Part shown: one piece after another, positions 35,650-45,075 of the stretch | Layout: each line of letters starts with the position of its first letter | How positions within the stretch are numbered: the stretch's first letter is position 1 | Origin: Candidatus Nealsonbacteria bacterium | Lineage (GTDB): Bacteria > Patescibacteriota > Minisyncoccia > Minisyncoccales > MHMH01 | Reading direction: 5' to 3' | Assembly (NCBI GenBank): GCA_016188865.1 | Contig: JACPGX010000001.1 | Span: forward strand, 77,197 to 141,196 | Length of the DNA stretch: 64,000 nt | Notes under the pieces: generated by a model | What the model was told of the DNA's origin: nothing | Database searches by the model: none | Seen by the model: the letters and a program-made list of their open reading frames with translations, nothing else | Translations under genes and position numbers: made by a program

Positions 35650-36956
35650 AGCAAAGTAAGCTTTTCGAGTTTTGTGCCAACAAATACCCGAAGAAAGTTT
35701 TTAGTTATAAAAATAGCCGAAAACATACTTATTATAATACCAATACTTAAAGTTAAAGCAAATCCCTTTACAAAGCTAGTTCCAAAACTAAACAAGATAG
35801 CAGCCACAATCAAGGTGGTAAGATTGCCGTCCCTGATTGCCGGCCAAGCCCGCCTAAACCCCTCTTCCACCGCTGCGGGGAAAGGCCTTGCCGCCTTTAA
35901 TTCCTCTCTCATTCTTGAAAAAATTAAAACATTAGCGTCAACAGCCATGCCGATAGAAAGAATTACTCCTCCGATGCCAGCTAAAGTTAAAGTAATCGGT
36001 ATTAACTTGAATAAAGACAAAATTAAAACTACGTAAATAAGCAACGCCAAAGAAGCAAGAAATCCCGGAAGCTTGTAAAATAAAATCATAAATACCGCTA
36101 TGGCTAAAAATCCCCAAATTCCGGCTTTTAAGCTTTGTTCCAAAGATACTTTTCCTAAAGTAGGCCCTACAGACTGCTGGGAAATTAAACTGATGGGTAG
36201 AGGCAGGGCGCCGGCATTTAAACTGCGGACCAGGGCTTTCGCCTCTTCAACTGTAAAACGTCCGGTAATTTGAGCTTTTCCGCCAGAAATTTTTTCCTGA
36301 ACTGTCGGCACAGAAATAGGAATGCCATCTATATATATTGCCAAAGGTTTGCCAATATTTTTTTCCGTAAGATCTCCAAAAATTTTAGCTCCATCATCGT
36401 CAAATTGGAGCGATACCTGCGGCGAATACGTTGTTTGATCAAAACTCAATTCGGCCCTTTTTAAATATTTACCCGTTAAAGAAGTAATCCGAAAGGGATC
36501 CTCATATTCTCCGGAACCCGCTTCTGCTATTTTTTTATTGCTTTCTAGAATTTCCTGATAATTTTCTTTCTGCTCTTTAAATTCCAAATAAGGAGTCTGG
36601 CCTATCATATCAATGGCTTGCCCAGGATCGAGAACCCCCGCTAATTCAACGATTAATCTATGGTGGTCGCCCTGCTCCTGAACCTGCACTACCGGCTCTT
36701 TTACGCCAAAAATGTTGATTCGCCTTTCGATGACGTCCCGCAGCCCCTGCATAGAAGAACCGTAATCAACCTTAGCAATACCAGATAAATCAGCCTCGTA
36801 AATTAAATGAGTCCCCCCCTGCAAATCAAGCCCCAGCTTGAAAGGAATATTCGGCAGATATCTTAAATTCAAAAATTGCGGGTAATCTAAATTGCCAGCC
36901 AAGAAAGTTAAAATAAAAATAACCGCGATAGTAATATAAACTTTATTTTTTGGCAT
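35640..36956 (-). CDS. secD: protein translocase subunit SecD
   Basis: LGLDLQGG, a periplasmic domain and a C-terminal six-TM block. Confidence 0.85.
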   Translation of the reverse strand: MPKNKVYITIAVIFILTFLAGNLDYPQFLNLRYLPNIPFKLGLDLQGGTHLIYEADLSGIAKVDYGSSMQGLRDVIERRINIFGVKEPVVQVQEQGDHHRLIVELAGVLDPGQAIDMIGQTPYLEFKEQKENYQEILESNKKIAEAGSGEYEDPFRITSLTGKYLKRAELSFDQTTYSPQVSLQFDDDGAKIFGDLTEKNIGKPLAIYIDGIPISVPTVQEKISGGKAQITGRFTVEEAKALVRSLNAGALPLPISLISQQSVGPTLGKVSLEQSLKAGIWGFLAIAVFMILFYKLPGFLASLALLIYVVLILSLFKLIPITLTLAGIGGVILSIGMAVDANVLIFSRMREELKAARPFPAAVEEGFRRAWPAIRDGNLTTLIVAAILFSFGTSFVKGFALTLSIGIIISMFSAIFITKNFLRVFVGTKLEKLTLLWQ

Positions 36957-36957
36957 C

Positions 36958-37614
36958 TTATTTCATTCTAAGGCCTTTAATCGTCTGGTAAAAAATCTCT
37001 TTATATTTTATCCACGATTCTTCAAGGGTATTAAAAGAAAAGGCCCAAGCGGTGTTTTCCTGACCCGCGACTAAAGCTACGAAAGTGCCGAATTTTAAAT
37101 TTTTCTGAACGCTCTTTATTTCCATAAAATATGCTTCTTTATCACCCGCTAAAGTCTGCTCCTCTTTAATTATCTCTATAATGGGAATACTGTTTATTAA
37201 ACTAATTTTTACTGCTTCAAAATAATCTTTTAGTGAATTTTCTCCTAATTCAGTCCATTTAATAGAAAGATTGGTTCGGAAATCAATTTCCCTGGCCTTT
37301 TCATCCAAAACCGCCTCTTTAGAATCGACTATCGTTATAGGTAAAGTATTATCTTCGGATGTCATCTCCCACCCCGATGGAAGAGTTAAGGCAAAATAAT
37401 CTGTATCCAAATTCATATATTGCGGCTGTATGACTTCTTTATGCGGCTGCGTTACAGGATTATTTATGGCTTGTTCATTCGGATTTTTTAATTCTAAGCC
37501 TGGCTCAGAGGTCGAAGTAAATGAACTGCCCTTTTTGCCTAAAAAAACTAAAAAAACTATTATAGTCGATAAGATTATTATAAAAATAAACGTAAAAATA
37601 ATTTTATTTTTCAT
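36958..37614 (-). CDS. hypothetical membrane-anchored exported protein
   Basis: N-terminal hydrophobic anchor. Translationally coupled to secD. Confidence 0.45.
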   Translation of the reverse strand: MKNKIIFTFIFIIILSTIIVFLVFLGKKGSSFTSTSEPGLELKNPNEQAINNPVTQPHKEVIQPQYMNLDTDYFALTLPSGWEMTSEDNTLPITIVDSKEAVLDEKAREIDFRTNLSIKWTELGENSLKDYFEAVKISLINSIPIIEIIKEEQTLAGDKEAYFMEIKSVQKNLKFGTFVALVAGQENTAWAFSFNTLEESWIKYKEIFYQTIKGLRMK

Positions 37615-37710
37615 TTATCTATTATTGCAAATTATATAAAAATAATCAATATGCCGCCAAATGAAATGGCGCTGATGTCTTGCGACACCAGCGCCTTTCT
37701 TGTCTAGTCC

Positions 37711-38181
37711 TTAAACTTGGACAAACTTTGCCGGGAGAGTGGCAGTGGCAGAGTAAACGTGAATACCTTCACCCCAATCTTCCACGGCGAAACTATAGCC
37801 ATCTTCTGCCTTATAAACAGAATAGATGACTTCCAGCTCCTCCATTCCCCTATTGGTGGCGCTGATCATCTTGGCCTTCTGCCGGTATTCGCTGGGGAAA
37901 ATTTTGGTGCCAAGAATGGGGTCCTTCATAAAACGAGGGTGGCCCTTCAGTCTTGCGGCCAACTTCCTCTCGTGCTCTGCCTCAGACCAGAGCACGAGAT
38001 TGCCTCCCTCGATTTCCAAGGCAAACTCTGCTCCATGAGCGTGAAATACCAGGCATCTCCATCGCTCGCCGTCTTTCTCATAGACGGCCACCTCGTCAAC
38101 AAGATGAGTGGAACCCATAACTGTTATGCTGTCGCCCGGCTCTACTTCTTCCAGCGCCCTCAAAAGCTCCCTCTTTCTCAT
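37711..38181 (-). CDS. hypothetical 156-aa protein on a GC-rich single-gene island
   Basis: GAGGAGG ribosome-binding site, its own perfect promoter and a downstream hairpin. GC is about 50% against ~35% in the flanks. Confidence 0.55.
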   Translation of the reverse strand: MRKRELLRALEEVEPGDSITVMGSTHLVDEVAVYEKDGERWRCLVFHAHGAEFALEIEGGNLVLWSEAEHERKLAARLKGHPRFMKDPILGTKIFPSEYRQKAKMISATNRGMEELEVIYSVYKAEDGYSFAVEDWGEGIHVYSATATLPAKFVQV

Positions 38182-38220
38182 TTTGAAACGAACCTCCTCT
38201 CTATATTTTTGTACTTTATA

Positions 38221-38249
38221 ATTATAGCACGTCTTCTCAATCTTGTCAA
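38221..38249 (-). promoter_or_regulatory. perfect consensus sigma70 promoter
   Basis: Minus strand TTGACA (38249-44), 17-nt spacer ending in TGc, TATAAT (38226-21). Confidence 0.7.
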
Positions 38250-38261
38250 ATAAAATTTTCC

Positions 38262-38756
38262 TTAATTAAACCGCTGCCATTCGGATTTTTGGCCGCTTCT
38301 TTTGTTAGTGACCATCGCCAGTTCGTCGTATATCCCATCAAGAAGTTCATAATTTTTTGACTCCTCCAAGCTTACCCATGCATACTGATCTGATTCGTCT
38401 TCTTTAAGTTTTACGTCTCCGCCAATATACTCTGCCATGCAAGATATTACGAGTGATGGACTTCCATCTGCGTGAACAGTCGCCAAGCTTGTCACATATT
38501 CAATATTATCTATATTAATTCCCACTTCTTCTACTACTTCTCTGCGTAAAGTTCTTTCGAGCACATTGTACCAATAAAACTCGGTGTCTTTGGGCAGCTG
38601 CAGATAATCGTTTGTTTCCATTTTACCGCCGGGCACCGTCCACTTGCCCGGAAATCTTTTTTTGTTAGGCGAACGCCGCGTAATCAAAAACTTACCATCT
38701 TTCACAATGATGGCGGTGATTGCTACTTCGTGTAAATATTGATTGTTATTTTCCAT
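38262..38756 (-). CDS. NUDIX hydrolase
   Basis: Nudix box GGKMETN...TLRREVVEEVGI. Confidence 0.8.
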   Translation of the reverse strand: MENNNQYLHEVAITAIIVKDGKFLITRRSPNKKRFPGKWTVPGGKMETNDYLQLPKDTEFYWYNVLERTLRREVVEEVGINIDNIEYVTSLATVHADGSPSLVISCMAEYIGGDVKLKEDESDQYAWVSLEESKNYELLDGIYDELAMVTNKRSGQKSEWQRFN

Positions 38757-38787
38757 TGTACTTCTTATTACTTAGGAACTTAGTTCC

Positions 38788-39120
38788 TTAAATCGCTGTT
38801 TCTAATGGATAGATGTCCATAGCGATTTCTTCGTAAGGATGAACTTTTTTTATCGCCCTTAAAACTTTTTTCAATTTGCTCCTCTCGCATCTGGCCTCTA
38901 TTCTTTCTTCGAAAACCTGTTCCAATTTACCCGCCCTGCCGATTGCCGGCTTGGCTCCTTTTTTGGGCAGAAACCTGCCCTTTCCTTTGGCCGAAAAACT
39001 ACAAAATGAATAGTTCCCTATTTTCCCGGCTCCAGCTTTTCCCAGCGCCTTTCTCACCGCATCAGCATGCGTCTCAGGCGTAAATACTACAATTTTTACA
39101 AATTTATATTTATTTTCCAT
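38788..39120 (-). CDS. NIF3-insert/YqfO-C-terminal-like small protein (COG3323-type)
   Basis: FVKIVVFTPETHADAVRKAL..AGAGKIGNY..C.F and HPYEEIAMDIYPL. I prefer the ATG at 39120, because the longer track ORF overlaps secA by about 125 nt. Confidence 0.55.
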   Translation of the reverse strand: MENKYKFVKIVVFTPETHADAVRKALGKAGAGKIGNYSFCSFSAKGKGRFLPKKGAKPAIGRAGKLEQVFEERIEARCERSKLKKVLRAIKKVHPYEEIAMDIYPLETAI

Positions 39121-41470
39121 GACACCTTTTATATTTTTTCCCTGAACCGCACGGACAAGGGTCGTTTCTGCCCGCCTTTTGACTGTTGGACTTACGAAAT
39201 CCAACGGTACCGTTGGATTTCGTAAGTCCAACATCTTGCGGCTTAAGAGAAACTCGTAAAATTGTTTCGGCTATATTGGATTCAATGGTATCCAATAATG
39301 TTTTAAACATTCTGTGACCTTCGGTTTTGTATTCAACTAAGGGATCGCGTTGGCCGTAAGCCCGAAGGCGGACGGAATCGCGCAAGGCCTCCATCTCTTC
39401 CAAATGATTCATCCAAAGCATATCTAATGTCCTCAAAGCGACTATTTTAGCGACTTGATTAAAATTTTCGCCTAATTCTTTTACTTTTTCTTCGCAACCT
39501 TTAAGTTTTTCTTTCCAATCTTCTACTCGAAGAAACTCTTTTCTTTTTTTATAAATAACTTCTCGGTGTTTATTCAAAACATCGTCGTAATCCAAAAGGT
39601 GTTTTCTTAAATCAAAATTCAGACCTTCAATTTTTGACTGGGCCGATTCTATAGCGCCGGAAATCATACCCGCCTCAATGGGCTGATCTTCAGGGATTTT
39701 TAAAACATTCATCAATGATTTTATTTTCTCTCCCCCGAAAATCCGCATAACATCATCTTCTAGAGAAATGAAAAACTGGGAAGAACCCGGGTCTCCCTGC
39801 CTGCCCGATCTGCCGCGAAGCTGATTATCAATGCGCCTTGCTTCATGGCGCTCGGTGCCAATAACATGAAGGCCTCCCGATTCTCTGACCATTCGACTTC
39901 GCTCGGGGTTATCTTCGGGGTTGCCTCCGAGTATAATATCCACTCCTCGGCCTGCCATATTTGTGGCAATAGTTACGGCCCCTAATTTTCCTGCTTGAGC
40001 GATAATTTCTCCTTCTTTTTCATGATTTTTAGCATTCAAAATCTGGTGAGATACTCCTTCTATGTTTAAAAGCTTTCCCAAGTATTCATTTTTTTCAATC
40101 GAAGTAGTGCCCACCAAAACCGGCTGGCCATTTTCGTGCCTTTCTTTTATTGCTCTGACTACTGCCTTAAACTTTCCTTCTTCTGTTTTGTAAATTCTGT
40201 CGGGCAATTCTTTTCTAATCATCGGCTTATTGGTAGGAACTGCGATAAGATCCAGGTTATAAACTTTATCAAATTCTTCAGCCGAAGTAGCGGCAGTGCC
40301 GGTCATGCCAGCCAATTTCTTATACATCCTGAAATAATTCTGAAAAGTAATAGAGGCTAAGGTTAAAGATTCCGGCTGAACCGCAACCCCCTCTTTCGCC
40401 TCGACTGCCTGATGCAGCCCGCCCGACCATCGACGACCGGGCATTAGTCTGCCCGTAAACTCGTCAACAATAATCACCTCTCCGCTCTGGACCACGTAAT
40501 CCCTGTCCTTTTTGAACATCACTTCCGCCCTTAGGGCCTGCTCCAAATGATGAACGTATTTTATGCCTTTTTCTTCATATATATTTTCTTGACCCAAAAT
40601 CTTTTCTATCTTGCCAATCCCTTGCTCGGTTAAAGTAACTGCTTTCATTTTCTCGTCAATCTCGTAATCAGTTTTAGAATCTAATTTAGGAATAATTTTA
40701 GAAAATTCCTGATACCATTTTGATGATTCCGTGTCGGGAGCCGAAATTATCAACGGAGTTCTGGCCTCATCGATTAAAATAGAATCAACCTCGTCAACGA
40801 TTGCATAATTAAACCCGCGCTGGACCTGCTGATTTAAATCATAAGCCATATTGTCTCTTAAATAATCAAACCCGAACTCGTTATTGGTGCCGTAAGTAAT
40901 ATCAGCCGCATATGCATCTTTCCTGGAGCATGGCCTCAAATAATCATCAATAACTTTGAATCCGCCAAGCGCATCTCTTTCTTTGTCCTTATTGGAGTCA
41001 GGGTCATACACATATGAAGCATCATGGATGATACAGCCCGTTGATAATCCTAATGCATGATAAATTTGTCCCATCCAGACAGCGTCTCTTTTAGCTAAAT
41101 AATCGTTAACGGTAACAACATGTACTCCCTCGCCTCCCAGGGCATTCAAATAAATAGGCAAAGTTGCTGTTAGAGTTTTCCCTTCTCCAGTTTTCATTTC
41201 AGCAATCTTGCCTTCGTGCAAAACCATTCCGCCAATTAACTGCACATCAAAATGCCGCTGATTGAGCGTTCTTTTTGCCGCCTCCCTTACAAGCGCAAAC
41301 GCCCTCTCTAAGTTAATCGCTTGACGAAGTTTATCGGTCTCCCCTTTAAGCTGCTCAGCGGAAAAACCTTCAAATTCTTTTTCGAAGCTGTTTATCCTAT
41401 CAACCGCCGGCTGAAGTTTTTTCACATATTTTTCATTGGCATCGCCAAAAATTTTATTTAAAATTGGCAT
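39110..41470 (-). CDS. secA: preprotein translocase ATPase SecA
   Basis: DEAD-like motor motifs and a C-terminal zinc finger CPCGSGKKYKRCHG. Confidence 0.95.
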   Translation of the reverse strand: MPILNKIFGDANEKYVKKLQPAVDRINSFEKEFEGFSAEQLKGETDKLRQAINLERAFALVREAAKRTLNQRHFDVQLIGGMVLHEGKIAEMKTGEGKTLTATLPIYLNALGGEGVHVVTVNDYLAKRDAVWMGQIYHALGLSTGCIIHDASYVYDPDSNKDKERDALGGFKVIDDYLRPCSRKDAYAADITYGTNNEFGFDYLRDNMAYDLNQQVQRGFNYAIVDEVDSILIDEARTPLIISAPDTESSKWYQEFSKIIPKLDSKTDYEIDEKMKAVTLTEQGIGKIEKILGQENIYEEKGIKYVHHLEQALRAEVMFKKDRDYVVQSGEVIIVDEFTGRLMPGRRWSGGLHQAVEAKEGVAVQPESLTLASITFQNYFRMYKKLAGMTGTAATSAEEFDKVYNLDLIAVPTNKPMIRKELPDRIYKTEEGKFKAVVRAIKERHENGQPVLVGTTSIEKNEYLGKLLNIEGVSHQILNAKNHEKEGEIIAQAGKLGAVTIATNMAGRGVDIILGGNPEDNPERSRMVRESGGLHVIGTERHEARRIDNQLRGRSGRQGDPGSSQFFISLEDDVMRIFGGEKIKSLMNVLKIPEDQPIEAGMISGAIESAQSKIEGLNFDLRKHLLDYDDVLNKHREVIYKKRKEFLRVEDWKEKLKGCEEKVKELGENFNQVAKIVALRTLDMLWMNHLEEMEALRDSVRLRAYGQRDPLVEYKTEGHRMFKTLLDTIESNIAETILRVSLKPQDVGLTKSNGTVGFRKSNSQKAGRNDPCPCGSGKKYKRCHGK

Positions 41471-42617
41471 ATATATTCTTCTTTACTTCGTCATATATTT
41501 TTTTAATAGGGACTAATTTTTTAATTGCGGCATTCTTACAATCTTCGTACTCTGGCGAAATGGTTTTAATTTTCCCTTTATATTTTCCGACTTTGACATT
41601 AATCGGGCCGTATCTAGTTATAATTTTTTTAAATTTTCTGTCTAGGCAAACCCTAGAAATTCTATTAACTCTTACTCCGAAAGTAGTGGTTTCGTCAAAA
41701 ATTATTTCAATTAATTTGTTTTTTATTTTCTCCTCGCAAATTGCTGTCAATAGGGTTCCTAAACGATTTTTTTTCATTATTATGGGTTGAATAAAAGCTT
41801 CTCTGGCTCCCGCTTTAATCAATCTATCAATAACAAAAGCATAGAATTGCGGATTCATATCGTCTATATTTGTTTCTAAAATCATTAATTTATCTTTTTC
41901 CATCTTGGTGGTTCCAAGTATAATTTCTAAAACATTGGGTATCTTTAAATTTCTTTTACCGGCTCCGTAGCCTTTTTTAATTACTTTAATATCTATGTCA
42001 TCTACAAATTCATCGACGATAGTTTTAAGTATAGCTGCGCCGGTCGGAGTAATCAACTCTTTATTTATATTCAAAACAGTTATCGGAACTTCCCCTGTCA
42101 ACTCCCTAACGGCCGGGACCGGCAGTGAAGTAACGCCATGCGAAAACTTAATTATTCCCCTGCCTTCGCTTAATCTAGAAGCATATATTTTAAGCGGTTT
42201 TAATTTATTTATTAAAATAGCGCTTGAAACAATATCTATAATTGAATCGATGGCTCCCACTTCATGAAAATGAATTTCCCTAATGCCGATTTTATGGACT
42301 TTTGCTTCTGCCTTTGCTAAATTTAAAAATATTTTTTGGCTAAGCTGTTTTATTTCTCGGCTTAAAAAGCTCTGGCCAATAATTTTATAAATATCATCAA
42401 GCGTCCTTTCTCTTTTCTCCTTTTTAGCATTAACAATAAATCTAAGAGCGCTTATCCCATTTTTATTAATTCTTTTAATCTCAATCCGATGATTTTTCAA
42501 TCCTAACTTATCCAACTCCTTAATGAACCAACTTTTATCAGTCCATAAATCCAGCAAAGCAGCGACAATCATGTCTCCCGCGGCTCCGGATTGACAATTA
42601 AAATAAAGAACTCGCAT
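41454..42617 (-). CDS. larC: LarC-family nickel insertion protein (DUF111)
   Basis: MRVLYFNCQSGAAGDM N-terminus. I prefer the ATG at 42617, directly after the larB stop. Confidence 0.75.
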   Translation of the reverse strand: MRVLYFNCQSGAAGDMIVAALLDLWTDKSWFIKELDKLGLKNHRIEIKRINKNGISALRFIVNAKKEKRERTLDDIYKIIGQSFLSREIKQLSQKIFLNLAKAEAKVHKIGIREIHFHEVGAIDSIIDIVSSAILINKLKPLKIYASRLSEGRGIIKFSHGVTSLPVPAVRELTGEVPITVLNINKELITPTGAAILKTIVDEFVDDIDIKVIKKGYGAGKRNLKIPNVLEIILGTTKMEKDKLMILETNIDDMNPQFYAFVIDRLIKAGAREAFIQPIIMKKNRLGTLLTAICEEKIKNKLIEIIFDETTTFGVRVNRISRVCLDRKFKKIITRYGPINVKVGKYKGKIKTISPEYEDCKNAAIKKLVPIKKIYDEVKKNIYANFK

Positions 42618-42618
42618 T

Positions 42619-43359
42619 CTATTTATTGATGAGGCTAGCCAAGTAGCCTGCTCCGAAACCATTATCAATATTTACTACTGCCACTCCCGGAGAACAGCTA
42701 TTAAGCATGGCTAAAAGAGGGGTAATACCTTCAAAGCTTGCTCCATAACCACAACTTGTGGGAACGGCAATAACGGCCTTGTCGGTTAAGCCAGCTACTA
42801 CGCTGGGCAAAGCTCCTTCCATGCCCGCAACAACGATTATTACGGAACTTTTAGAAATTTTATCTAAATTAGCAAAAAGTCTATGGATTCCGGCGACCCC
42901 CACATCGTAGACATTCTCAACTTTATTGCCAAATAATTCTGCAGTTACCGCCGCCTCTTCAGCCACCGGAATATCGGATGTGCCAGCTGCCAAAATGAGA
43001 ATTTTCCCTTTTCTTGTTTTTATTACCCCGTTTTTAATAACAATGGTCTTAGCCAGCTTGTTATAATAACTTTTAGGATATTTTTCTTTGATTGCCTTAA
43101 AAACGTCTTCGCTGGTTTTGGTAATTAAAACATTACCGTATCTGGCCATTTCTTCTGAAATTTTTAAAATCTGGTCTTTAGTTTTCCCTTTGCCAAAAAT
43201 AGTTTCAGGAAAACCCCGCCTCAAAGCCCGATGATGATCTATCTTTGCAAAGCTTAAATCCTTAAAGGGCAAAGATTTTAAATATCGAAAAACTTCTTTT
43301 TCGGAAATTTCCCCCGCCCTAAAATCTTTTAAAATTTTTTTAATTGCTTTTGGAGTCAT
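42619..43359 (-). CDS. larB: LarB (PurE-like NaAD carboxylase/hydrolase)
   Basis: An AIR-carboxylase-like C-terminal half, ILAAGTSD...VAGMEGALPSVV. Confidence 0.75.
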   Translation of the reverse strand: MTPKAIKKILKDFRAGEISEKEVFRYLKSLPFKDLSFAKIDHHRALRRGFPETIFGKGKTKDQILKISEEMARYGNVLITKTSEDVFKAIKEKYPKSYYNKLAKTIVIKNGVIKTRKGKILILAAGTSDIPVAEEAAVTAELFGNKVENVYDVGVAGIHRLFANLDKISKSSVIIVVAGMEGALPSVVAGLTDKAVIAVPTSCGYGASFEGITPLLAMLNSCSPGVAVVNIDNGFGAGYLASLINK

Positions 43360-44158
43360 TGTTTAAAACTTCGTTAAGAGAGCCAGTTCTGTAGCCGCCC
43401 AAATCCACGGTTACAAAAGTAAACCCCAGGCCTTTAAGTTTTTTGTTTATTTCCTGCGAATGTTTTATAACCAAGGGCAGATATTCGGGGACAGTTTCGA
43501 TCCTGGCAATTTCTTTATGATTTCTCACTCTCAAAATATTAATTCCCAATTTTTTTAAAAACACCTCTGCCTCGGCAACTTTTTTTAATTCTTTTTCCGT
43601 AATTTCAATTCCGTAAGGAATCCTGGAAGCCAAACAAGCCTGCGACGGCTTTGACCACGTGGGAAGTCCTAGTTTTTTAGAAAATAATCTAATTTCTTCT
43701 TTAGTGAGACCAACTTCAGCCAAAGGAGATTTTACGCCCAATTCCTTAGCTGCTTTTCGTCCCGGCCTATAATCTTTTAAATCATCAAAATTAGATGCAT
43801 CTAAAACATATCTAATTTTTTTGTTTTCTGCTATTTTTTTTAACTCTGAAAACAGCTCTCCTTTGCAGAAATAACAGCGAATCGGAGGATTTTTATAAAA
43901 ATTTTTCTTTTTAAGTTCTTGGGTCGCAATAATTTGGTGATTAACTCCGATCATTTTTGCCAAACTTTTTGCTTCTTTTAATTCGCTTTCCGGGTAAGTT
44001 TCCGAAGTGGCGGTAACCGCCAAAACCCTGCTGCCCAGCACGTCATAAGCTACTTTAACCAAAAAAGTGCTGTCTACCCCACCCGAAAAAGCAATGGCTG
44101 CCGAACCCATTGCTTTTAAATTATTTTTTAAATTCTCAAGTTTCTGATCAGACGACAT
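43340..44158 (-). CDS. larE: LarE (PP-loop ATP-dependent sulfur transferase)
   Basis: PP-loop AFSGGVDS. Confidence 0.75.
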   Translation of the reverse strand: MSSDQKLENLKNNLKAMGSAAIAFSGGVDSTFLVKVAYDVLGSRVLAVTATSETYPESELKEAKSLAKMIGVNHQIIATQELKKKNFYKNPPIRCYFCKGELFSELKKIAENKKIRYVLDASNFDDLKDYRPGRKAAKELGVKSPLAEVGLTKEEIRLFSKKLGLPTWSKPSQACLASRIPYGIEITEKELKKVAEAEVFLKKLGINILRVRNHKEIARIETVPEYLPLVIKHSQEINKKLKGLGFTFVTVDLGGYRTGSLNEVLNNDSKSN

Positions 44159-45014
44159 AACTTATTATTTTATAAACTAATTTAGCGGCTAAAAAGTCAG
44201 GCGCATGCAGGCCGGCAGTGGGAGCCAGCTCAACCACATCGGCTCCAATAATTCTCCTTTTCTTAGACAGTTGCTTAATTAAACCAAGCACATCGTACCA
44301 GCCGAGGCCGCCGGGCTCAGGTGTCCCGACCGAAGGCATAATTGAGGGGTCTAGGCCGTCTAAATCAATGGTTAAATAAACATTCTTTTTAAGAGTAGCA
44401 ATAATTTTATTTATAGGCAATTCGGGGGCTGGAAAAATTGTTTTAATCTTTGCCTTTTTAACATAATTTGCATCTTCTTCGGAAATGCTTCTCAAGCCGA
44501 CCTGCGTAACGGGAATACCCAATTCTCTAATCCGTCTCATAACTGAACCATGGTGATATTCAGAATTCTCATACAAATTTCTTAAGTCGGCATGGGCGTC
44601 TATCTGCAAAACCGAAAAATCAGCAAAGTTATTCTTGAAGCTCATAACCGACCCCAGTGTAATGGAATGCTCGCCGCCTAACATCATTAAAAACTTTTTG
44701 TCTTTTAGTATCTTATCAACAACTTTTTTTATCCTAAAAACAGTTTCTTTTGGAGAATCTTTTGACGGCTCTAACGGCTCTAATGTAAAAATGCCTTTTT
44801 TTGAGGGATCTTTGCCGCTTTCAATATCGTAGAGCTCCATGTGGCGAGAGGCCTCAATTATGGCTTGCGGTCCCTCATTAGTCCCAGTTTTCCAGCAAGT
44901 GGTGGAACTGTAAGGTACGGGGAAAACAACCACTTTGGCAATTTTATAATTCTGTTCGTCAAGCCCCATAAAATTAAAGGGCTCCAATTTTGGATAATGA
45001 AAAAAATCTTGCAT
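44148..45014 (-). CDS. speB: agmatinase (arginase family)
   Basis: GGEHSIT, DAHADL and DLDGLDPS metal ligand motifs. Confidence 0.85.
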   Translation of the reverse strand: MQDFFHYPKLEPFNFMGLDEQNYKIAKVVVFPVPYSSTTCWKTGTNEGPQAIIEASRHMELYDIESGKDPSKKGIFTLEPLEPSKDSPKETVFRIKKVVDKILKDKKFLMMLGGEHSITLGSVMSFKNNFADFSVLQIDAHADLRNLYENSEYHHGSVMRRIRELGIPVTQVGLRSISEEDANYVKKAKIKTIFPAPELPINKIIATLKKNVYLTIDLDGLDPSIMPSVGTPEPGGLGWYDVLGLIKQLSKKRRIIGADVVELAPTAGLHAPDFLAAKLVYKIISYVV

Positions 45015-45032
45015 AGATATTTACGATATTTG

Positions 45033-45047
45033 GGAGGTCGGACCTCC
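45033..45047. repeat. REP family 2 core palindrome
   Basis: GGAGGTCGGACCTCC with partially palindromic flanks. Confidence 0.7.
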
Positions 45048-45075
45048 AGATATTATCGAATTTCGGAAATCATTA

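Noticed and set aside
37717-38253. 178-aa plus-strand ORF overlapping the GC-rich 156-aa gene.
   Set aside because: It is an antisense shadow ORF of the kind GC-rich DNA creates. The minus-strand gene has the ribosome-binding site, the consensus promoter and a protein-like sequence. The plus-strand translation is low-complexity and runs through that promoter.
29379-45047. GGAGG in the REP family 2 stems acting as the Shine-Dalgarno sequence of the downstream gene, as a translational riboswitch-like occlusion.
   Set aside because: The distance from GGAG(G/A) to the next minus-strand ATG is about 17-33 nt at the three junctions, too far for a Shine-Dalgarno interaction.
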